Below, piece after piece: positions 45,830 to 54,397 of a stretch of DNA of 64,000 nucleotides. Below the pieces are notes generated by a model that had not been told where the DNA came from, made no database searches, and saw nothing but the letters and a program-made list of their open reading frames with translations. Position numbers and translations under genes: made by a program. This stretch comes from an uncultured virus (IMG/VR IMGVR_UViG_3300028920_000028) (lineage: Duplodnaviria; Heunggongvirae; Uroviricota; Caudoviricetes). The stretch is taken from IMG/VR virus record IMGVR_UViG_3300028920_000028. One strand, 5' to 3'. How positions within the stretch are numbered: the first letter of the stretch is position 1; every line of letters begins with the position of its first letter.

Positions 45830-46809
45830 ACGAACTCCCTGTGCTCGACATCCTTGACCAGCAGAGCGAGGACGCGGTTGTAGTCCCCGTAGTAGCACCG
45901 GTCGCATTGGTGGCCCTTCTTCACATGCGACTTGTCCGAGAACGCCGCGGGGAGATCGTCTATGGTGCCCATGCACAGTTCGTCGGGCATCTTCCTCTCG
46001 AGTCCCTTGATGGCGTACTGCGCGCCGCAGCACATGAATATCTTCCCGTCCGCCGCTATGACCGGCTTGAGATACCCTATGTAGCAGTCGCCTCCCCTCT
46101 CCGGATGCGCCCTTGGCTGGAACACCGTTCGGCCGAGGTCCACCCCGCGCTTCCTCAGCGCCTTTTCAATCATGTCCATGGGAACGTTGTCGGTGTCGAA
46201 AAGGTCGGCCACGACGCGGACGTGCGTGAACCCGTTCTCGTTGGCGAAGGTGATTACCCTCTCCAACTCGTCGATGTTGGGGAACTTCGAGGCGACATGG
46301 CTGAAGGCCCAATCAACGCTGTCGTTTTCCCTCACTGCCTTCCTGTATCTGTCGGCGTACACGGGGGCAAGCGCGCGGGCGTCGTCGTTGCTTATCCTGC
46401 ACCAGGTCAGGAGATCGAGGACACCCTCATCGATTTCATGCAGGATCTTGCCGTTCGTGACGAGGCCCGTCTTGATCCCGAGTGTGGAGAACAGCATCAA
46501 TATGCGCGAGAAATCCGGATGAAGGGTTGGTTCCCCGCCGCCCGTGATGGTGACCGCCCTTGTGCCCATGGCCGACAGGAAATAAGCCAGCCTCTCTATC
46601 CTCTCAAACGGCAACTCCTTCTTCCTATCCTCCTTGGAGCAGGAGCAGAAGGCGCAGTTCATGTTGCACCTGTTCGTTGGCATCAGCTGCACATGATAGG
46701 GGATTATGCGCTTTTTCGCCTCCCCTATGATCTCCGTGCTCTGGAGGAGCTTGACCGGGAGGGCGTCAGCCGATGTGAAACTCTCCTTGACGTTGCTGGA
46801 TCGTCCCAT
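45826..46809 (-). CDS. Radical SAM protein with C-terminal SPASM-like Cys residues
   Basis: CNMNCAFC, ITGGGEPTLHP, LVTNG, CYIG..MCC..CDRC. Confidence 0.9.
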   Translation of the reverse strand: MGRSSNVKESFTSADALPVKLLQSTEIIGEAKKRIIPYHVQLMPTNRCNMNCAFCSCSKEDRKKELPFERIERLAYFLSAMGTRAVTITGGGEPTLHPDFSRILMLFSTLGIKTGLVTNGKILHEIDEGVLDLLTWCRISNDDARALAPVYADRYRKAVRENDSVDWAFSHVASKFPNIDELERVITFANENGFTHVRVVADLFDTDNVPMDMIEKALRKRGVDLGRTVFQPRAHPERGGDCYIGYLKPVIAADGKIFMCCGAQYAIKGLERKMPDELCMGTIDDLPAAFSDKSHVKKGHQCDRCYYGDYNRVLALLVKDVEHREFV

Positions 46810-47546
46810 CAGATATCCTCCACAAATTGGTACTGCGGCATGGCGGCCATGTACCGCGTGTAGAACATCTGCTGCTTGAGGTACAGCTTCGCATCGTTGA
46901 AGGCGGTCTCCTGGTTGTAGACGTATATCCTTTCGGGGATCCACCTCGTCCTGCGATACCCCGCCATCTCGAGCATGGGCCACATGAAGGCCAGATCCCA
47001 GGCCACGCGGAAGTAGCCCCCCTGCGGATCCTCGAAGCCCGCCCGGTCGACCCTGTCCCACAGCTTCCTCTTGAACGTCTTGAGGTGGGACGCGCGCCAG
47101 GATACCTTGCGGATGTTGCCCTCGAAGTCCTCCGGGCGGTACGGCTCCTTCGTGTTGGTGTTGGCAGACGGGTTGGGGTAAGACATCCAGCTACCGTACG
47201 TGAGCAAGAGGTCGGCGTCCGAGTCGTACTCCCTCTTCACCACCTCCAGACTGTCGGCCCTGGCCAGCCAGTCGTCGGCGTCGATCGAGACGATGATGTC
47301 GTCCGGCTCCATGTGGAGCGTGTCTATGGCGTCGCACGTGTTCATGAGCGCGAACTGGCGCTCGGCGTTGAGGACGACCTTGATGCGGGGGTCGTCCACG
47401 GAGCATGCGTGTTCGTATGTCTTGTCGCCGACGGGATCGAGGACAACGCACGCTTGCCAGTCACCGACGGTCTGGGCCACCAATGACCGCAGGCATGTCC
47501 TCACGTACCCCTCGGCGGGGCCCCCCACCACTATGATCTTGAACAT
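46809..47546 (-). CDS. Glycosyltransferase family 2
   Basis: SIDADDWL, LTYGS, SHLKTF, AWDLAFMWPMLEMAG, YVYN. Confidence 0.85.
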   Translation of the reverse strand: MFKIIVVGGPAEGYVRTCLRSLVAQTVGDWQACVVLDPVGDKTYEHACSVDDPRIKVVLNAERQFALMNTCDAIDTLHMEPDDIIVSIDADDWLARADSLEVVKREYDSDADLLLTYGSWMSYPNPSANTNTKEPYRPEDFEGNIRKVSWRASHLKTFKRKLWDRVDRAGFEDPQGGYFRVAWDLAFMWPMLEMAGYRRTRWIPERIYVYNQETAFNDAKLYLKQQMFYTRYMAAMPQYQFVEDI

Positions 47547-47556
47547 TTGCCCTCGC

Positions 47557-48606
47557 TTATGCGCTCGTTCTTCCCAAATAGCTCTCCAGGGACGCGACTA
47601 TCCTCTCCGAGGCGTGTCCGTCACCGAACGGGTTGGCCGCGGACATGTTCGGGTCGTAAACCCATTCGAGCATGTCGTAGAAGTCGTCCCCCTCCGCCAG
47701 CTTCGCGTGGCCCGACCACACCGCCTCCTGCCTCTCGGTGGTGTCCCTGCACACGATGACCTTCTTGCCGAAGCAGCACGCCTCCTCCTGGATGCCCCCG
47801 GAGTCGGAGATGATGAACTGGCAGGACGCCAGCATCCTCATGAACTCCCTGTACCCCATGGGCGGCACGACCTTGAAGTTGTGGGCCGTCACCGAGTCGA
47901 GCGCGCCCTGGACGTCGGGGGCCGGGTGCGCCGGGAACACGAACTCCAGCCCGGAGCAGTGGTATTTCGCCAGCCGATTGATGGCGGCGAGGATCTCCCC
48001 GAACCTCCCGGCGTTCTCCCTGCGGTGTAGCGTCACGACGACTGTGTTCGAGTTCGATGGGGCGTAGCCCAGCTCGTTCACGGCATCGACTATGGTGTTC
48101 CCCGTGACGACCACGTCTCCCGGCACGGCCTCGTTCTGGAGGTTCGTGGCGGCGCCCTCCGTGGGACACCAGTTGATGGAGGCGACGCTCGATATGCTGC
48201 GCCTGTAGAACTCCTCCGGGAACGGCGACATGACGTCGTACGTCCGCAGCCCGGCCTCGACGTGGCCCACCCGCACGCCCGCGAGGAACGCCGACACCGC
48301 GGCCATGTAGGCCGTGGCCGTGTCCCCCTGCACGACGAGCATGTCGGGCCTCTCCTGGCGGACGATGGGGTCGAACTGCTGCCCGAAGGAGCACACGAAC
48401 TCGGTCAGCCCCCTGCCTTCCCTGCCCGGCGGAAGGTCGTAGGTCGGCTCCGGAAGGAGATCCCTGACATCCTCGTACAGGGACGTGTGCTGCCCCGAGA
48501 ATACCGTCGTTATGTCGAAGGTGCCCTTCGCCTTCCGCAGCACCGGGGACAGCTTGATGATCTCCGGTCGCGTCCCGTAGCACACCATTATCCTCTTCTT
48601 GGGCAT
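47557..48606 (-). CDS. wecB: UDP-N-acetylglucosamine 2-epimerase (non-hydrolysing)
   Basis: GTRPEIIKL, GQH, VQGDT, HVEAGLRT, PFPEE, TGNTIVDA, TLHRREN, SDSGGIQEEA, NPFGDGHASERI. Confidence 0.95.
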   Translation of the reverse strand: MPKKRIMVCYGTRPEIIKLSPVLRKAKGTFDITTVFSGQHTSLYEDVRDLLPEPTYDLPPGREGRGLTEFVCSFGQQFDPIVRQERPDMLVVQGDTATAYMAAVSAFLAGVRVGHVEAGLRTYDVMSPFPEEFYRRSISSVASINWCPTEGAATNLQNEAVPGDVVVTGNTIVDAVNELGYAPSNSNTVVVTLHRRENAGRFGEILAAINRLAKYHCSGLEFVFPAHPAPDVQGALDSVTAHNFKVVPPMGYREFMRMLASCQFIISDSGGIQEEACCFGKKVIVCRDTTERQEAVWSGHAKLAEGDDFYDMLEWVYDPNMSAANPFGDGHASERIVASLESYLGRTSA

Positions 48607-48628
48607 CCGCCCCTCCCCGCGTAAGCTC

Positions 48629-49879
48629 CTACATGTACTCCTCGGCCCTGTGATCCTCCTCGTTCGTCATCCTGAAGAACGATGGCTCCTCCGACTCCGG
48701 GAAGAACCTGCGGGCCTGCTCCTTGATGTCGTCATTGGTGACGGCGAAGATGTCCTCCTTGACCTTGTCGAGCGGCTCCATGGCGCCCGTGACATCGATC
48801 TCGTCGAACACGTTCGCCGCGAACCCGTCGCTCGTCTGCCGCTTGGAGGCCTCCTGGAAGTAGAGGTTCTTCTTCGACGTGAGCAGGAGGTCGTCCCCGA
48901 ACCCCTCCGACCTCGCCCGGTCGATGACGCCGAGTATCTCCTTGCGGGCCTCGTCGATGTTCCTCTTGTCCATCTGGCTGTACACGAACATGGCGTTGAG
49001 GTCGCGGCTCTCGTCCTCCTCGACCCGTATCCTGTAGCAGAACCCCAGCTCCTCGCGGATGCGGCGGAACAGCATCGAGTGCATGCCCTGCCCGAAGCCG
49101 TTCATGAACACATTCCACGCGGCCCGGCGGGCGCCCACGTCCGAGGCGGTCGGGACGCGCGCGCCGGCGAACCCGATCACGGCCTGCTCGCCGTGGTGGT
49201 GGAAGCGGTACTCGGACGGGTCGGGATCCCGGCCGTCGCGGGAGTACGGCTCGGGGTCCCCGAGATACCCGTCGGGCGGCTCGATCCCCGAGAAGAAGTC
49301 GATGACGCGCGCCCTGTCCAGGCCCCCGACGACGGCGAAGGCCATCCGGTCCCGCTTGTAGTGCCTGTTCCGGAACGCCATGAGCCTGTCCTGCGTCATG
49401 TCCCGCACGGACTGCTTTCGGCCGACGATGCGGTGCCCGCGGTCGCCCCAATACCGCCACGTCGTGGTTTCGAGGAAGAACCACAGGGGGTCGTCGAGGT
49501 ACGTCTGGCACTCCTCGAGGATGACGCCGCGCTCCCTCTCGAACTCCCTGTCGTGGAAGGCCGGGTGGAACAGCATGTCGCACACGAGGTCGCCGGCCAC
49601 CTCGAAGTCGTCGGTGGCGAAGCTCTGGTGGAAGCACGTCCGCTCGGTGTTGGTGTAGGCGTTCTGGTCGCCGAGCCGCGAGCCGATCTCGGTGATCTGA
49701 TCCCAGGTCCTGCTCTCGGTGCCCTTGAAGAAGATGTGTTCGAGGAAGTGGGCGCAGCCGTAGTCGGCGGGGTCGTGCTCGTCGGCGGACCCCGCGCGGG
49801 CTATGACCCGGAAGGTGCCTATCTCCTGCCCGTTGTCGTGGAACAGGATCTCGTTGCCGTTGACCGTGAGTCTCTCCAT
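48629..49879 (-). CDS. M16 (pitrilysin-family) zinc peptidase
   Basis: AGSADE, GCAHFLEHIFFKGT, NAYT, ERGVILEE, SMLFRRIREELGFCY. Confidence 0.9.
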   Translation of the reverse strand: MERLTVNGNEILFHDNGQEIGTFRVIARAGSADEHDPADYGCAHFLEHIFFKGTESRTWDQITEIGSRLGDQNAYTNTERTCFHQSFATDDFEVAGDLVCDMLFHPAFHDREFERERGVILEECQTYLDDPLWFFLETTTWRYWGDRGHRIVGRKQSVRDMTQDRLMAFRNRHYKRDRMAFAVVGGLDRARVIDFFSGIEPPDGYLGDPEPYSRDGRDPDPSEYRFHHHGEQAVIGFAGARVPTASDVGARRAAWNVFMNGFGQGMHSMLFRRIREELGFCYRIRVEEDESRDLNAMFVYSQMDKRNIDEARKEILGVIDRARSEGFGDDLLLTSKKNLYFQEASKRQTSDGFAANVFDEIDVTGAMEPLDKVKEDIFAVTNDDIKEQARRFFPESEEPSFFRMTNEEDHRAEEYM

Positions 49880-49926
49880 CTGGATCTCCTTCTGTGTATG
49901 GTATGTGATTTCGGCAGTTTACAGCA

Positions 49927-50730
49927 TCATATGAACTCGACGTCCCTGTCGTACACGTTGAAGTCGGTGCCCCCCTTTTTCCACTTCACCTCAAGGAACC
50001 TCTCGGCCCCCCCGTGGAACTGGCGGAAGTCCTCCGGAAGCGGGCGCACGTTCTTCAAGACGCCGACCATCCCGTCGGACTTGCGGCGCACCTTGGAGCC
50101 GATGTCGCCCGGCTTCGACGCGCCGGGGTCAATCTCGTATATCCGCGACGGGTCGAACACCACGACCTGGTCGCCGTCCAGCAGTCTCCTGATGCCCTTG
50201 CCCTTGAACCACACGGCGTCGTACTTGGACTTCAGCCCCTGCGTCAGCCTCCTCGTCGCCTCGACCCTGTCCGTCCTCGCCAGCTCGGGGTCGTACCCGT
50301 TATCCACCCACCACCCCATCATGGTGCGGGGCGCGCCGAAGTTGATCGTCTCGAGCCTCGGGACGTCCAGGTAGTAAGTCCTCATGCCCCTGGCGGTGCC
50401 CCCGGCGAAATGCTTCGCGTTGGACTTGCTCGTCGTGAAATAGACGCCGTATCCTAGATGGTGCACCGGCGCCGGGATGCCCCCGTGGTAGGGCCTGTCC
50501 GGGTAGCCGTGGACCGTCGGGCCCTCGCTCGGCCCCGTCTCGAAGACCTTGAACCCCTCCTCGCGTATGTTCTTGAGGCTCTCCTGCGGGGTGCCGTGCC
50601 ACACCGGCCCGAAGAGGCCCCTGTCGCGGGCCTCCTGCAGGCTTATCCTCTGCGCCGCCGCCGCGTCGACACCCACCGAGGCGGACTCCAGATATGCCAG
50701 GACGACGTTCGCCGCGGATGCCTTGGTCAT
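49927..50730 (-). CDS. ADP-ribosyltransferase-like protein of the type found in phage polyvalent proteins
   Basis: VWHGT...F, LGYGVYFTTSKSNAKHFA, YDAVWF, QVVVFDPSRI. Confidence 0.75.
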   Translation of the reverse strand: MTKASAANVVLAYLESASVGVDAAAAQRISLQEARDRGLFGPVWHGTPQESLKNIREEGFKVFETGPSEGPTVHGYPDRPYHGGIPAPVHHLGYGVYFTTSKSNAKHFAGGTARGMRTYYLDVPRLETINFGAPRTMMGWWVDNGYDPELARTDRVEATRRLTQGLKSKYDAVWFKGKGIRRLLDGDQVVVFDPSRIYEIDPGASKPGDIGSKVRRKSDGMVGVLKNVRPLPEDFRQFHGGAERFLEVKWKKGGTDFNVYDRDVEFI

Positions 50731-52187
50731 TGCTTCACCACCTTGTCGTAGAATTCCTCGAGCTCCCGGCTGCTCTGCGGCAGGGCGGCGGCCCTTTCCT
50801 TGTCCACTTGGAAGGCGCGCCCGCGCGGATACACCGCCTCCACCCTCGCCTTGGACGGGTCGGAGACGTAGAACTCGTTCCCGAAGCCCCGCCTGACCTG
50901 CCTGTAGGCCCCCCGCGGCACGTCGCTCATGTCTATGAGCGCGGCGTAGGGCCTGCCCTCCCCGCCCGGGCCGTAGTCGGACCAGGCGTCGAGGTGGGAG
51001 GTCACCATCAGTTTGCCCGTGTCTGTCCTGCCTGTGGAGAGGCTGGACATGTCCCTGGGGCCCTTGGACGGGTCTATCTCGAAGTTCGGGTCCTCAGTCC
51101 AATGCCAATAGGTGCCGTGCTTTATCTCGCCCAGGAAGTCCCTCTCGAACTCCTCGAACGAACCGCACTTCCGCGCCTCGGCGGCGAGGCCGCGAAGGGC
51201 CGCCGGGATTCCCCCGGAGGACTGCTTTGGCCTGAGCCCCCTCCTTCTCTCCCGCACCGCCTTGGGGTCGAAGGACGCCCTCTTCAAGCGCGGCAGGCTG
51301 TCCCCGATGACCGACGAGTCACCGAGGTACTCCTTCGGCACCGACTTCGTCAGCCACACATTGTTGTTCGACAGGAAGAACTCGTGGCCGTCCCCGTGCA
51401 TGCGGCCCGCGTCCACCTCTATGACCACGGGCCTGCCGTGCCGGCTACCCACCTTGGTGGCCGTCTCGGCGTCCCACGACAGGTGCACGTATTGCCTGCC
51501 CCTTGGCTGGATGCCCTCGGCGTAGATGGCATTGAGCGTCTTCCCCGCCGTACCGTGGAACAGCTTGTCCGGCGGCTTCCTTGGCTCCAAGCCCAAGTCG
51601 AGATCCTTGATGGAGTGCCCTTGGCACGCCCGTATCTTCGTGCCGTCGGGGCTGTACTCGAATCGCCCCTTCTCGTCCTCCGCCACGATCTTGTCCAGCC
51701 CCGCGCGGTCGACCGTCCTGCCGTGGCTCCGAAGGGCGCCGATCAGGCCGGCGACGTTCGCCCACCCGGCGCGGTCGAGACTCAGGCCAATCGCCTCGGG
51801 CTTGTGCCTCAGCACGAAGCTCAGGAACTTGCCCCCGAGCTGCCCCCCGACCTTGCTGCGCATCTTTCTCCTCTCCTGCACCCTCTTCTTGGCCCTGGCC
51901 TGCTCGGCCCACCTGCTCACGTCCGACCGGGAGCTCTCGTCGTACACCCCGCCGCGGACCCAGCCCCCGCTGCGTATGTCCGTGGGATCCAAGCCGAGAA
52001 ACTTGGCGAACATGACGTGCGTGCGGCCCTCCGGCTCCGTGTCCACGTACAGTTCGCCGTCAAACGTCCTCAGAGCCGGGTAGGAGCCCTCCTGCGGCAC
52101 CTTGGTGTACAGACCCCTTATGCGGGTCCTCTCCCCGTAAAGGTCGGCCGCGGACAGCCTCAGCGCCGTTGACACGCATTCCCTCAC
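50727..52187 (-). CDS. kptA: RNA 2'-phosphotransferase (Tpt1/KptA) domain fused between an unknown N-terminal domain and a C-terminal ART-like domain (486 aa)
   Basis: KFLSFVLRH, DEKGRF, IRACQGHS, LFHGT, GRQYVHLS, NNVWLT. C-terminal YWHWT..LMVTS..GFGNEFYV. GTG start overlaps the upstream stop. Confidence 0.85.
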   Translation of the reverse strand: MRECVSTALRLSAADLYGERTRIRGLYTKVPQEGSYPALRTFDGELYVDTEPEGRTHVMFAKFLGLDPTDIRSGGWVRGGVYDESSRSDVSRWAEQARAKKRVQERRKMRSKVGGQLGGKFLSFVLRHKPEAIGLSLDRAGWANVAGLIGALRSHGRTVDRAGLDKIVAEDEKGRFEYSPDGTKIRACQGHSIKDLDLGLEPRKPPDKLFHGTAGKTLNAIYAEGIQPRGRQYVHLSWDAETATKVGSRHGRPVVIEVDAGRMHGDGHEFFLSNNNVWLTKSVPKEYLGDSSVIGDSLPRLKRASFDPKAVRERRRGLRPKQSSGGIPAALRGLAAEARKCGSFEEFERDFLGEIKHGTYWHWTEDPNFEIDPSKGPRDMSSLSTGRTDTGKLMVTSHLDAWSDYGPGGEGRPYAALIDMSDVPRGAYRQVRRGFGNEFYVSDPSKARVEAVYPRGRAFQVDKERAAALPQSSRELEEFYDKVVKQ

Positions 52188-52924
52188 CACGACTCCACCC
52201 TTTCGTACGGGGGCTTGGCCATTATCTCCCGGTGGCTGGCCTGCTGCTCCTCGGAGCGCTCCTTCTCGTCGTTGTGGGGCGTCTCGCGGTTGTAGACGTA
52301 CAGCTGCTCCCCCATCCACCTCACCCGGTCGTACCCCGCCATCTCGAGCATGGGCCACATGAACGACAGATCCCACGCGGTTCGGTAATATTTACCGTTC
52401 CCGTCCCTCAGATCCTCATCCCTCACCCTGCGCCAAACCTTGTGCCTGAACGTCCTGAGGTGGGAGCCGCGCCACGGCCCCTGCCGCAAGGCGCCCGCGT
52501 CGAACTCCGCCCGCTGGTACGGCGCGCTGTTGTTGACGGCCATGGGGTCGGGGTAGCCCACCCAGGAGCCGTAGGTCAGCACGACCTCCGGGCTCCCCTC
52601 GTAGACGCGCCTGACCCGCTCCAGCACCCGGGGGCCGTTCAGCCAGTCGTCACCGTCCACGGTGACCACCACGTCGTCGGGGTCGGGATCCATGAGGCGC
52701 ACGGCCCTCACGATGTTCGCCAAGGCTCCGTCGTGCGCCGCTATGTTGACCGCCACCGTCATCCTGTCGTCCACCTTGGAGAGCGCCCTCTCGGGGGCGT
52801 CGTCCACTGCATCCAGCACCACCGCCGCCGACCAGCCCCGGTCCGTCTGCGACTCCAGCGAGTCGAGGCACCGGTCTATGTAGGGGCCGCACGGGCCGCC
52901 CACGACGGCAATCCTGAATCTCAT
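52184..52924 (-). CDS. Glycosyltransferase family 2, close paralog of 46809-47546
   Basis: IAVVGGP, VDGDDWL, LTYGSW, SHLRTF, AWDLSFMWPMLEMAGY, YVYN. Confidence 0.85.
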   Translation of the reverse strand: MRFRIAVVGGPCGPYIDRCLDSLESQTDRGWSAAVVLDAVDDAPERALSKVDDRMTVAVNIAAHDGALANIVRAVRLMDPDPDDVVVTVDGDDWLNGPRVLERVRRVYEGSPEVVLTYGSWVGYPDPMAVNNSAPYQRAEFDAGALRQGPWRGSHLRTFRHKVWRRVRDEDLRDGNGKYYRTAWDLSFMWPMLEMAGYDRVRWMGEQLYVYNRETPHNDEKERSEEQQASHREIMAKPPYERVESW

Positions 52925-53700
52925 CCCCATATCCCCCGCAGTTCGTCCTCGCCGAGGGTGTCCGTCAAGGCCCTGTGCTTCCACTCGATGTACTCCCGGT
53001 CGTCGCCTGGCGGGTGGTACAGGGACACCTCATTGACTACGCACATTAACAGATTACGCCTCGCGCACTCCAGGGCGTAGTGCCCGTCGTCGCTCGCGTA
53101 GATCCTGTGCCCGGTGTACCCGCCAATGGCCCTCCACGTGTGGTACGGGGTCAGCAGCGCCCCGCCGGCGACCCCCTCGTTCCCGGCCCGGGATGTGTAG
53201 GAGTAGCCGCCCCCCTCCCATCGGACGGGGTCCTTGTCCAGCACGTGGCAGCACCCGCCCTCCTGGTTGGCGGACAGGGCGCCGAGGTCGCGCCACATCG
53301 GGTGCGACCTGTACGCCTCGAGCATCCTGAGGAGCCACAGCGGGTCGCGGGCCACCATGTCCGAGTCGTAGCTCAGCACGTAGTCCATGTGGGTGCCCGC
53401 GGCCATGTCCTCGACCATCCGATTCACGATTTTGGGCTTCCCCATGTTCGTCGGGGGCTTGTAGAGTCGGTAGTCCCCGAACTTGTACCTGAATTTCTCC
53501 AGGCCGTCCGGCCTCGCCAGGAACCTCGTCAGCGACTTCGACGCCCCGTTCACGCCGACCATGATGCGCATGGAGACCCGCTCGGGGAGGCCGCCCCTCG
53601 TCCACAGGGCGTCCGTCGCCAGGAGGCTTTTGACCGACTCGACGACCTTGTCCTCGCGGTGGTACACCGGTACGAAGATGCCCACGATGTCTACGTGCAT
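52921..53700 (-). CDS. GT2-like glycosyltransferase
   Basis: IFVPVYHR, LSYDSDM, IGGY..IYASDDG, LYHP. Confidence 0.75.
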   Translation of the reverse strand: MHVDIVGIFVPVYHREDKVVESVKSLLATDALWTRGGLPERVSMRIMVGVNGASKSLTRFLARPDGLEKFRYKFGDYRLYKPPTNMGKPKIVNRMVEDMAAGTHMDYVLSYDSDMVARDPLWLLRMLEAYRSHPMWRDLGALSANQEGGCCHVLDKDPVRWEGGGYSYTSRAGNEGVAGGALLTPYHTWRAIGGYTGHRIYASDDGHYALECARRNLLMCVVNEVSLYHPPGDDREYIEWKHRALTDTLGEDELRGIWG

Positions 53701-54140
53701 GGCGCCTCGCCCCCCGTCGTATACGGCACGCACTCCTGCTCGTCGAAGGATTCGCGGTCGCTGGGCTCCGGCTCGGGGGGCGGCGCCTCCTGCATCCCGA
53801 AGCCGATCTCGCAGAACTTCCGCGCGTCGCAGTGGGTCCTCCACCCCGTTCGCCCGTCGGGGTGGACGTACTCGACCATCACGCCGTGGTTATCCTTGAA
53901 CGGTATGAGCCGGATGGTGAACGGCTTGTCCCTGTCGTGGTGGTCGCGTACCTCGATGCACTGCCCGCGCCGCACCACATCGACGTACGGCCCCTTGCCG
54001 AGGCTCGGGAGCATGCTGTGCCGATAGTCGATCCGTATGCCCCAGCGCACCTTCGACCACCACCGACGCACGGCGCACTTGGCGAAATGGACCTTCCAGC
54101 CGAGCTTCGTCCTGTAGCCGTCCCTCTTCCTGAATATCAT
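53691..54140 (-). CDS. Hypothetical protein (149 aa)
   Basis: MIFRKRDGYRTKLGWKVHF...; ATGA overlap with the upstream gene. Confidence 0.6.
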   Translation of the reverse strand: MIFRKRDGYRTKLGWKVHFAKCAVRRWWSKVRWGIRIDYRHSMLPSLGKGPYVDVVRRGQCIEVRDHHDRDKPFTIRLIPFKDNHGVMVEYVHPDGRTGWRTHCDARKFCEIGFGMQEAPPPEPEPSDRESFDEQECVPYTTGGEAPCT

Positions 54141-54397
54141 GACCCCAACCCCCTTATCTCCTCGGCGCACCGAAGATGGACCTCCGCCCCCACGCCCAGG
54201 TCGCCCATCCCGAAATCCGCCTCCCAAGTGTCGGCCAGGTGCCGCAGATGCACCTTGGCGTAAATCCTCTTCGAGTAGTTCACCATGCGGAGGGCCTCCT
54301 CGAGGCACTGCCCGTAGGCTTCCCTCCGCCCCTGCGTCGAGTCCGCCCTGTAGGTCTCCCGCGCCCATCTCTGAAGCAGCGCGTCTACGGGATCCAC
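54137..54397 (-). CDS. Hypothetical protein (~86 aa)
   Basis: MDPVDALLQRWARETY...; fills the gap between neighbours. Confidence 0.5.
   Translation of the reverse strand: MDPVDALLQRWARETYRADSTQGRREAYGQCLEEALRMVNYSKRIYAKVHLRHLADTWEADFGMGDLGVGAEVHLRCAEEIRGLGS

Noticed and set aside
33942..48606. Ordinary bacterial O-antigen or capsule locus
   Set aside because: No Wzx, Wzy, Wzm/Wzt, chain-length regulator or priming transferase is visible, and the genes are interleaved with phage-type genes. This cannot be fully excluded without flanking sequence.
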